A stretch of DNA of 64,000 nucleotides. It comes from a virus. The notes beneath the pieces were generated by a model. That model had not been told where the DNA came from. It worked only from the letters and a program-made list of their open reading frames with translations, and did not search any database. A program made the position numbers and the translations under genes. Positions 16,605-24,319 of the stretch are shown here, piece by piece. The DNA lies in the IMG/VR virus record IMGVR_UViG_3300027749_000089, positions 1 to 64,000 of that record. One strand, written 5' to 3'. Positions within the stretch are counted from its first letter, which is position 1, and the number at the start of each line of letters is the position of its first letter.

Positions 16605-16799
16605 ATGAATGATATAATAATAGGCTCCACAATAACAGATACTATCGGTAGAACATTACAGGTAGCATATAAATCACCAACAGTAGTAATAACAGGGCAA
16701 GATACTACAATACAACCATTAGAAACAGAATTTAATTGGTATATGAGTGATGGTTCATATTGTCGATCTTCACGATCAACTTTCTATATTGTCGTATAG
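16605..16799 (+). CDS. Divergent repeat-domain family member (possibly a remnant)
   Basis: IIIGSTITDTIGR...WYMSDG; no clear RBS. Confidence 0.4.
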   Translation: MNDIIIGSTITDTIGRTLQVAYKSPTVVITGQDTTIQPLETEFNWYMSDGSYCRSSRSTFYIVV

Positions 16800-16804
16800 A
16801 CTTA

Positions 16805-16823
16805 ACCCCGTTAAATTAACCCT
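16805..16823 (+). promoter_or_regulatory. 19-bp motif copy 2
   Basis: ACCCCGTTAAATTAACCCT upstream of the packaging genes. Confidence 0.7.
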
Positions 16824-16960
16824 AAAGCCGCTCCCCCTGAATTGTAATCCATTAGTTGTTAATCCTTAGTTATTAATTAATAATAATTAATCTAATAAAT
16901 ATATCCTTTAGGGGATCCCTGACTTTTTCCTAAAGGGCAGAGCGCTGAGACATATAGAAA

Positions 16961-16979
16961 ACCCCGTTAAATTAACCCT
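16961..16979 (+). promoter_or_regulatory. 19-bp motif copy 3
   Basis: ACCCCGTTAAATTAACCCT about 90 bp upstream of the putative terS. Confidence 0.7.
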
Positions 16980-17067
16980 AAGATTAATAATAAATAATTG
17001 TTAATTTTTAAAATAGAGGGCTACGGAGACGTAACTCATTGAATGCAAACTGAAATGTGAGTAAACT

Positions 17068-17505
17068 ATGGACACACAGACAAAGCCACTAAAGAGAGAA
17101 GATGGTGTCAAGATACAACGTCTGAGTAATTTAAGTGCTGGTGGACGTTTGAGTGTAGCTAAGCTTAAAGATTTAGGGTTTGACCCTATTGAAGCATTAG
17201 TACATCAGTATAGATTCTTAGAAGAACAATTACAATACTATAATGATTGGCGTGATAACAAAATAGTACCATTAACATCTACAGGTAAGACTAAATGGTA
17301 TAATGAACAGACACATATGAATCTAATAGATAAGATGACAGCTGTATCAGATAAATTGTTGCGTTATAAATATGGACGTGTTCCAGAGACTAATATTATA
17401 GAAGATAAAATGAGATCCCCATTAGTTATTAACTTAACTAGAGAAGGTGATACACACATCATAGGAGAATACAATGATAGTGACGACAATATTGACTACG
17501 ATTAA
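17068..17505 (+). CDS. Putative terminase small subunit
   Basis: Size and position upstream of terL; helical LGFDPIEAL...LLRYKY core. Confidence 0.5.
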   Translation: MDTQTKPLKREDGVKIQRLSNLSAGGRLSVAKLKDLGFDPIEALVHQYRFLEEQLQYYNDWRDNKIVPLTSTGKTKWYNEQTHMNLIDKMTAVSDKLLRYKYGRVPETNIIEDKMRSPLVINLTREGDTHIIGEYNDSDDNIDYD

Positions 17506-17647
17506 CATATGTGCTTATTTCATGTTAGCATTAACAATGATTGTAGCTATAGTTAAAAAGAAAGTTCCCCAAATGATTATTGATGTATTATTATTTATAT
17601 CATTATGTAATATTTTAACGTTCCTAACAGGACTCTATTATGAGTGA
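17474..17647 (+). CDS. Two-TM membrane micro-protein (57 aa)
   Basis: AGGAG RBS; MIVTTILTTINICAYFMLALTMIVAIV-KKK-VPQMIIDVLLFISLCNILTFLTGLYYE. Confidence 0.6.
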   Translation: MIVTTILTTINICAYFMLALTMIVAIVKKKVPQMIIDVLLFISLCNILTFLTGLYYE

Positions 17648-17795
17648 TTATCAACAATTATTATTTGTATTTAGTCAATTAACGTTAATGATGATTACAA
17701 TTTATTTCATTTGTAAAAACGAACAACTAGCATTTAAGGCCCTACTATGTCAGACAGCAGTAGCGATATTATTATTGATTTGGATTACATCATAA
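17640..17795 (+). CDS. Two-TM membrane micro-protein (51 aa)
   Basis: AGGA RBS; MSDYQQLLFVFSQLTLMMITIYFICKNEQLAFKALLCQTAVAILLLIWITS; overlaps the previous stop. Confidence 0.55.
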   Translation: MSDYQQLLFVFSQLTLMMITIYFICKNEQLAFKALLCQTAVAILLLIWITS

Positions 17796-17923
17796 TGTTT
17801 ACTAATTTAATTATGTTTGCATCGTATGCTTTTTTAGAAACATCAACATGGGTTATTGTTGTATTGGTGTATTTAGGTATATGCGTTTTAAATGACCTCA
17901 TTGACTTAGTATTATATGATTAG
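17795..17923 (+). CDS. Hydrophobic micro-protein (42 aa)
   Basis: TAATG coupling; MFTNLIMFASYAFLETSTWVIVVLVYLGICVLNDLIDLVLYD; overlaps the terL start. Confidence 0.5.
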   Translation: MFTNLIMFASYAFLETSTWVIVVLVYLGICVLNDLIDLVLYD

Positions 17924-19241
17924 CCTTCATCCAGCACAATCTCAAATATATAAAGATTTATTTGTAGATCAAAAATTAAGATATGCTGTAGTATGTTGTG
18001 CTAGGGGTTGGGGTAAATCATATATGGCCGCTGTATGTGCAGTTACAGCTGTATTTGAATTACTCGAACTAGCAGCTAAGGTGCCTAATAAGACAGTGTA
18101 CATCATTGCTCCTACTTATGATCAAGTAAAGGATATTTATTTTCCATTAATTAATTATGATTTAGGAATGGAAGATTATGCTTTAAAATCATCTCGTGAT
18201 CTAGGGCGTTTCTGGTTCGCTAATAATGTTGAATTAAGATTATTATCATATGAATCAGTAGAACGTATGCGTGGCAAGGGTTCTTATTTTGTCGTATGGG
18301 ATGAGATATCATCATGTACCAAAGGTCTTGGTGCTGAAGATGCATGGATGTCTGTAATACAGCCTACTATTGCCACTAGATGGTCTAATAAAAGAGCATT
18401 AAGTTATGGCGCTAGAAGTCCTGGACGTTCATTAGTTATTAGTACACCCAAAGGATATAATTTCTTTCATACACTATCTACATATCATGAATCAGACTCT
18501 GATTGGGGATTTTATCAATATGATTATTTACAATCGCCATTCTTAGATCAACAAGAAATAGAAAAGATTAAAGATAAGATTGACCCAGTAACATGGGCAT
18601 CAGAATACTTAGCACAATTTGCTGAATCAGGCAACAGTGTATTCTACTGTTTTGATCGTAAGAAACATGTTGATGCTACATTAGAAGACCTTATGGAAGG
18701 TGAAGATGTTCATATATGTATTGACTTTAACGTCATGCGTCAGTGTTCTAGTGTCTTCACACTTAGAGGGCATCAAATGCAATTTATTGATGAGTTCCAA
18801 GGGCATCCTGATACAGAATCACTGGCTATTGCTATTAAAGAAAAATATAAAGGCCATAAGATATATGCATATCCAGATCCTTCTGGTCGTGCTAGAAAGA
18901 CTTCAGCTCCAATAGGTCGTACTGACTTTAGTATACTAGAGACATATGGCATTATATGTAGAGCGCACAGGGCTGCACCACCTATTATCGATAGTGTAGC
19001 TGCAGTAAATCGTAAACTATTAACAGCTTCAGGTAAAATAGACCTGTATGTACATCCTAGATGTTCCGGTACTATTTTATCTCTTGAAAGAACAAAATGG
19101 ACAGACCGCAACTTAGATATCGCGACTATTGATAAGTCCGAAAATATAGAGCATTTTTCTGATGGTATTAGATATGCCACAGAATATCTCTATCCAATAC
19201 AAACGGGCGGGAAACGGGTTTCTCGTGGTTTCAACTTTTAA
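17916..19241 (+). CDS. terL: Terminase large subunit
   Basis: Walker A ARGWGKS, Walker B VVWDE, coupling motif ISTPKG, RNase H-like CIDFN and HFSDGIRY. Confidence 0.93.
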   Translation: MISLHPAQSQIYKDLFVDQKLRYAVVCCARGWGKSYMAAVCAVTAVFELLELAAKVPNKTVYIIAPTYDQVKDIYFPLINYDLGMEDYALKSSRDLGRFWFANNVELRLLSYESVERMRGKGSYFVVWDEISSCTKGLGAEDAWMSVIQPTIATRWSNKRALSYGARSPGRSLVISTPKGYNFFHTLSTYHESDSDWGFYQYDYLQSPFLDQQEIEKIKDKIDPVTWASEYLAQFAESGNSVFYCFDRKKHVDATLEDLMEGEDVHICIDFNVMRQCSSVFTLRGHQMQFIDEFQGHPDTESLAIAIKEKYKGHKIYAYPDPSGRARKTSAPIGRTDFSILETYGIICRAHRAAPPIIDSVAAVNRKLLTASGKIDLYVHPRCSGTILSLERTKWTDRNLDIATIDKSENIEHFSDGIRYATEYLYPIQTGGKRVSRGFNF

Positions 19242-19251
19242 GGATAATAAA

Positions 19252-19620
19252 ATGGAAGCACAAGATTGGGTAAATATCGTATTGAGTGCTGGAGGCACGA
19301 TTGCCACAGCCGCATTGGGACTACTCATGTCTAAGTTTAATAAGTTAGAAGCAGATAATGATTCTGTTGCAAAGGCTATTAGTGATGTTAAAATCCTTAT
19401 TGCTAACGATTATGTGAAGAAAGTCGAACTTAATCAACAGCTACAAGATATCTCTAGAAAGTTAGATAAGTTAGAAGATTTAGAAACTCAAATGGCTACG
19501 CAATATGCTCGTAAAGAAGATCTTAAAACTCTAGGTGAAAGCCTGGGAAAGAAATTAGATCAAATACTCGATAAACTAGAAAGAAAAGCTGATAAGACAG
19601 ATTGGAGGGGCAATGGCTAG
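19252..19620 (+). CDS. N-terminal TM plus coiled-coil protein (holin/antiholin-like candidate)
   Basis: TAAGGA RBS; hydrophobic WVNIVLSAGGTIATAALGLLM followed by heptad repeats with a repeated YVKK/YARK motif. Confidence 0.55.
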   Translation: MEAQDWVNIVLSAGGTIATAALGLLMSKFNKLEADNDSVAKAISDVKILIANDYVKKVELNQQLQDISRKLDKLEDLETQMATQYARKEDLKTLGESLGKKLDQILDKLERKADKTDWRGNG

Positions 19621-20194
19621 AAGCAAAATTAATGCACCAACAACTGATTTAGTTACAGATACAGGTAGTGTATTATGGTCATTTATTAAGGGTGAGCAAT
19701 TAGAATTTCCTATTACACTTAAATTTTTAGATGATGCTACTGCTGGTTATACATATGAAGCTGTAGTAATTGAAGCAGATAATGCTAATAATAAAGGATT
19801 ACCTACAGCAGCATTAACTAGTGGTGTACAAACAACAATCGCTACTAGAATACCTACTAATCGCGGTACATGGGGTGCAGCACAAGCTTATAACAGAGAA
19901 GATGTAGTGTTATACAATGGTGTATATTATCGATTATATGATGGCTTGATTCGTGTTAGCGCATTAACGCCTGATTTAGATGCTACGTGGATTACTACTC
20001 AATTAAATAAAATATATATTAGATTTCCTAGTACATTAGGCTATACATGGGTTACACAGCCGATAGTTGCTAAGTCGTCTTATGGATTCTTTGAGTTAAG
20101 AGTCACTGAGAACAGTGCTACATTTCCTCGTACATGGAAACCTGTTCGTGGCTTAGTTGAAATTCAATTCAGTCCAACGGATCTAGTGCCATGA
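19613..20194 (+). CDS. Virion structural protein with a small carbohydrate-binding-like insert
   Basis: WGAAQAYNREDVVLYNGVYY resembles CBM5/12-type modules; beta-rich adaptor-like remainder. Confidence 0.5.
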   Translation: MARSKINAPTTDLVTDTGSVLWSFIKGEQLEFPITLKFLDDATAGYTYEAVVIEADNANNKGLPTAALTSGVQTTIATRIPTNRGTWGAAQAYNREDVVLYNGVYYRLYDGLIRVSALTPDLDATWITTQLNKIYIRFPSTLGYTWVTQPIVAKSSYGFFELRVTENSATFPRTWKPVRGLVEIQFSPTDLVP

Positions 20195-21093
20195 GTGAAC
20201 AACTAGATACTGATTTAGTATTCAGTGAAATAATTACTGATGCTATAATAAATGAAATAACTGCTAATGATGTAGTGACAGATATTGTTACAGATACATC
20301 ATCAATAGAGTTAGAGGCTCTATATGCTACTTTAGAATTACTTTCTACAGTTATTACTCCAGAATTAGTATCTAGTGTGTCCACTAATGAAATAACTGCT
20401 ATAGAAGTTATAAATGAAAGTATAGCCAATTTAGTTGATAAAGACATTATTGGCAATAAAGCTAACTTAGCTGAAAACACAGCAATGTTAGTAGGTGCCT
20501 TTCAATATTTTCCAGAAAAATTATCATCAACTGAATCATTAGTAAAAATACTGCAATACAATAGAGAGTTATTTGAAGAATTCCAAATACCTGAAGAAAT
20601 ATCTTTACAGCTTACTTCTAAGACACTTGATGAATTTTTTAAACGTGAAGAAATAACTTTAAATCCTACCGCCAATAAAGAAGATATTGTAATGATATCG
20701 GAACTGGTCACTGAAGAACTAATTAAAACATTAGTAAAATTCTTTAATGATGAAGTTCGTGCTATTGAATTTATCGATTATTATGCAGGTAATTCTCGTG
20801 GCGGTCACGATGGTAAAAGAAGTGTAGATGATGTTTCTATGCAACCTGTACTTAATCGTGCAGATTCTAAAAATAGTGTAGACTCATTTCTAAAGACTAT
20901 TTATAAAAATATACAAGAATCTATACATGTGCTTGATAATATAATAGCTATTGGCGATGTTTCCGAAATCACCTCTGGAGTGGACGACTCTAAACAAATT
21001 AGGGGTACATTGCAAATATTCCTACAAAATTACTTTGCTGAAGATTATGTCAGTTTTGACTATGTTGCAAGCGACTACACAATTCAAGGATAA
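20191..21093 (+). CDS. Acidic putative structural protein
   Basis: 300 aa, I/E/D/T-rich, C-terminal NYFAEDYV; lies among virion genes. Confidence 0.5.
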   Translation: MSEQLDTDLVFSEIITDAIINEITANDVVTDIVTDTSSIELEALYATLELLSTVITPELVSSVSTNEITAIEVINESIANLVDKDIIGNKANLAENTAMLVGAFQYFPEKLSSTESLVKILQYNRELFEEFQIPEEISLQLTSKTLDEFFKREEITLNPTANKEDIVMISELVTEELIKTLVKFFNDEVRAIEFIDYYAGNSRGGHDGKRSVDDVSMQPVLNRADSKNSVDSFLKTIYKNIQESIHVLDNIIAIGDVSEITSGVDDSKQIRGTLQIFLQNYFAEDYVSFDYVASDYTIQG

Positions 21094-21095
21094 AA

Positions 21096-21551
21096 ATGTT
21101 AACTGAAGAAATTAAGGCTTTAGGGACAGTGTCCTTTGAGCTTACAGATGAATTCGGTAATGTGAAAGACTCTGGTTCTAATAACTTAATTGTTAACACA
21201 GGCCTTAGTTATATTACTAATCGAATTTTACAAAATAGCACAGCACCCGTTGCTTATATGGCTTTGGGCACAGGCACAACAGCTGCACAATTAACTAATA
21301 CAGGATTGGAAATACCACTAGGCGCTCGTATGCCAATTACAGCAAATACACAAGTTACTACTAATGTATTAAATGATTCTGTACAATATACATGTGCATT
21401 TCCTGCTGGTATTGCTACAGGTGGTATTACAGAAGCAGCTTTATTTAATGCTGAAGCAGGAGGCATAATGGTAGCTAGAACAGTATTCCCTGTCATCAAC
21501 AAAGGCCCGCTAGATGTATTAGCGATTGTTTGGAAAATTACAATTTACTAA
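21096..21551 (+). CDS. Virion structural protein (fibre-attachment type), paralogue 1
   Basis: NLIVNTG...MALGTG...TEAALFN...GG.M.ARTVF..INK...D.L.I.WKI. Confidence 0.6.
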   Translation: MLTEEIKALGTVSFELTDEFGNVKDSGSNNLIVNTGLSYITNRILQNSTAPVAYMALGTGTTAAQLTNTGLEIPLGARMPITANTQVTTNVLNDSVQYTCAFPAGIATGGITEAALFNAEAGGIMVARTVFPVINKGPLDVLAIVWKITIY

Positions 21552-21560
21552 GGATTAAAA

Positions 21561-22019
21561 ATGATTAATGATTCGTTAGAGGCCAAAGGATATGTGGAGC
21601 TTGTTGTTACAGACCCTAATGGCAATGTTAAAGAAAAGAAAGTTTCAAATACTGTCGTCAATACTGGTAAGCTATTTATGGTAAATAGATTATTACCAAT
21701 AACATCTGACACTGTTGCATATAGTATTGGTGTAGGTAGTGATGACACAGCTGTGGCACCAAATCAAGTAGGTTTAATAGCCGCGTTAGGTGCTAGAATC
21801 GCTTCTGTAACCCCTGTCTTGGCCATGACTACAATAGCTAATGATAGTGTTCAATTAGAAGCCAATATCGGAGTAGGCGCAACGACTCTTCTTATTAAAG
21901 AAGCGGGTCTATTCTCTGCGTTAACAGGTGGTGTAATGTTAGCTCGTACCACATTTGGGTTAATAACAAAAGGGCCTGAAGATACATTGACTATTACTTG
22001 GAAACTCCAACAAGCCTAA
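21561..22019 (+). CDS. Virion structural protein, paralogue 2
   Basis: Same pattern: NTVVNTG...IGVGS...KEAGLFS...GGVMLARTTF..ITK..DTLTITWKL. Confidence 0.6.
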   Translation: MINDSLEAKGYVELVVTDPNGNVKEKKVSNTVVNTGKLFMVNRLLPITSDTVAYSIGVGSDDTAVAPNQVGLIAALGARIASVTPVLAMTTIANDSVQLEANIGVGATTLLIKEAGLFSALTGGVMLARTTFGLITKGPEDTLTITWKLQQA

Positions 22020-22028
22020 GGAATAGCT

Positions 22029-22796
22029 ATGTCTTCACTCATCACAAGAGCTGGCAAAGGCAGTCCCTTAACCAATGATGAGATGGACGCCAATCTTACA
22101 TATCTTGAGAATAAATCAGCTAAAGCTAATTTAGGGTTTAAATCAGAACGCCTTATTGTCATTGACGGTAAAATAAAGCCTTTCTCAAAACCTAAAAATA
22201 ATATATCATGGAATTGGCTTTTAACTGATACAATGACACCATTATTACCTGGTGAATATCAAAATACTTATCTATTAACTAATAGTAGTTATAATGGTAG
22301 AGAAATCCTCATTACCTATGCGTATGATTTTACTCCGATTAATATTAAAGATACTATAACATGTTATGACAATATTGCAGTTGAAGTCCGAACTCAAAGA
22401 CCTCTCTATGATTCGAGTACTTTATCTGAAAAATCAACTTTCAATTTAAATAAAAGACTATTAAGTACTTATTCGATTGTTGATAATTCTTTTAGAGATA
22501 TACAGTCTAACGTAAAAGATACTGCACTGAGTTCAGACTCTGTCAATAAAGATATAAGCCTTATTTCGAAATCGCAAGGCATCGCCTATGACATTATGCA
22601 AAGTCAATCTGCAGATCATACTTTACCTCAAGATATTGCATATTTAAGTGATACAATTACATACGTATTAGTTGCAGGCGAGTTTGCTATTATAACAGAT
22701 TTAGGTTATGTATATTTAACTCCAGATATCACACGAGATTATGGCTTTATTACTGAAGCCTCTACAAAAACATTTGACTATGGTACCCTATTATGA
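22029..22796 (+). CDS. Putative fibre-associated structural protein
   Basis: N-terminal ITRAGKGSPLTNDEMDANL, a pattern typical of phage fibre N-termini; C-terminal DYG repeats. Confidence 0.55.
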   Translation: MSSLITRAGKGSPLTNDEMDANLTYLENKSAKANLGFKSERLIVIDGKIKPFSKPKNNISWNWLLTDTMTPLLPGEYQNTYLLTNSSYNGREILITYAYDFTPINIKDTITCYDNIAVEVRTQRPLYDSSTLSEKSTFNLNKRLLSTYSIVDNSFRDIQSNVKDTALSSDSVNKDISLISKSQGIAYDIMQSQSADHTLPQDIAYLSDTITYVLVAGEFAIITDLGYVYLTPDITRDYGFITEASTKTFDYGTLL

Positions 22797-24319
22797 CAAC
22801 CGTCGCAGTTCAATCTAGACGCGGTACTACAACTGAACATACAACATTTACAGGTCTTATAGGTGAGTCTACCATAGACACAACAAAGCACACAGTTGTG
22901 GTACACGATGGCAGTACACCGGGTGGTTTCCCTTTACAAAAAGAGTTATCATCTGGACAAAATATAAAAACAATTAACGGAACAACCATCCTTGGTTCTG
23001 GAAATATCACCTTACTTGCAGCAATCCCTGCAGCGACAACTTCTATTCTTGGTGGTGTTAAGGTTGATGGTACAACCATTACAATAAATGGAGCTGGTAC
23101 TATAACAGCTATTGGTGGTGGTGGAGGTCTTTCACCTACAGGCATTAAGACTGCTGCATATACAGCGGCTAAAAACGAATTAGTTAGATGTAATACTACA
23201 GCTGGAGCTTTTTCAGTTAGTATGCCATCGACACCAACAGACGGAGATATTGTAGGTGTTGTGGATATTTATAACACTTTTACAGCTAATAAACTTACTG
23301 TATTGCCAAATGGCGGTACTATTGAAGGCGATGCAACTTCATTAATTTTAGACATTAGCGGTGCTTCTGTTTCTTTTGTGTATAATCAAGCAACAACTAA
23401 TTGGAGATTGTTAGAAACACCAACAGCTGCCGTAAGTCCTCCTGCTGCGGTTACGTCTGTTGCGGCACCAACTATTACTGCAACAGGGACCGATATTACA
23501 ACTTCGGTAGTTACAAGTACATCGACTCCAGTAATTACGATTAATATACCTAGCGCTAGCGCAACGGCTAGAGGTGTCTTAACAGCCGCTGATTGGAGTA
23601 CTTTTAATAGCAAACAGGTTGCTTTAGTTAGCGGCACTAATGTAAAAACAGTCAATGGTAGTTCTATACTAGGCTCAGGTGATTTAACAATTGCTGGTGT
23701 AACTTCAGTAGCTGCATTAACAATCGGTAATACAGGTACGGATATAACATCTAGTGTAGCCACAAGCACATCGACTCCAGTAATTACGATTAATATACCT
23801 AGCGCTAGCGCAACGGCTAGAGGTCTTTTAACTTCTACTGATTGGGGTACTTTTAACTCTAAACAAGCAGCTATTACTTTTGGCACTAATGTTTTAACCT
23901 TTATTGGAACTCCATCTAGTGCTAATTTATCAGCCGCTATTACGGATGAAACTGGTTCTGGCTCTTTAGTATTTGCCACAAGTCCATCTTTAACAACGCC
24001 AACAACTATAGGATTGAAAGGTACTAAAATAGCTATGCCAGCTAATGATATTAATTTAGCTACTGGTGATTATTTTACTAAAACTATTTCCTCAGCCGTT
24101 ACACTTACAGTATCTAATGTTCCTACTGCCGGAACTGTAGCTAGTTTTATCTTAGATTTAATAAATGGTGGAGCAGCAACTATTACTTGGTGGACTACTA
24201 AATGGGCTGGGGGGATAGCTCCTACATTGACTGCTGCGGGTAGAGATAGTTTAGGGTTCTTTACCCATGATGGTGGAACTACTTGGACAGGGTTAGTTCT
24301 TGGAAAGGATATTAAGTAA
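22793..24319 (+). CDS. Tail fibre protein with Mtd-like N-terminal domain
   Basis: VQSRRGTTTEHTTFTGLIGESTIDTTKHTVVVHDGSTPGGFPL; T/S/G-rich repeats; C-terminal KWAGGIAPTLT domain. Confidence 0.8.
   Translation: MTTVAVQSRRGTTTEHTTFTGLIGESTIDTTKHTVVVHDGSTPGGFPLQKELSSGQNIKTINGTTILGSGNITLLAAIPAATTSILGGVKVDGTTITINGAGTITAIGGGGGLSPTGIKTAAYTAAKNELVRCNTTAGAFSVSMPSTPTDGDIVGVVDIYNTFTANKLTVLPNGGTIEGDATSLILDISGASVSFVYNQATTNWRLLETPTAAVSPPAAVTSVAAPTITATGTDITTSVVTSTSTPVITINIPSASATARGVLTAADWSTFNSKQVALVSGTNVKTVNGSSILGSGDLTIAGVTSVAALTIGNTGTDITSSVATSTSTPVITINIPSASATARGLLTSTDWGTFNSKQAAITFGTNVLTFIGTPSSANLSAAITDETGSGSLVFATSPSLTTPTTIGLKGTKIAMPANDINLATGDYFTKTISSAVTLTVSNVPTAGTVASFILDLINGGAATITWWTTKWAGGIAPTLTAAGRDSLGFFTHDGGTTWTGLVLGKDIK
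23519..23824 (+). repeat. 57-bp exact direct repeat (23519-23575 and 23768-23824) within an 83-codon duplication
   Basis: ACATCGACTCCAGTAATTACGATTAATATACCTAGCGCTAGCGCAACGGCTAGAGGT occurs twice, offset 249 bp. Confidence 0.9.

Noticed and set aside
22793-24319. Diversity-generating retroelement suggested by the Mtd-like N-terminus
   Set aside because: No reverse transcriptase in the window, no template/variable repeat pair with adenine-specific mismatches, and the C-terminus is not C-type-lectin-like. The 57-bp repeat is exact.
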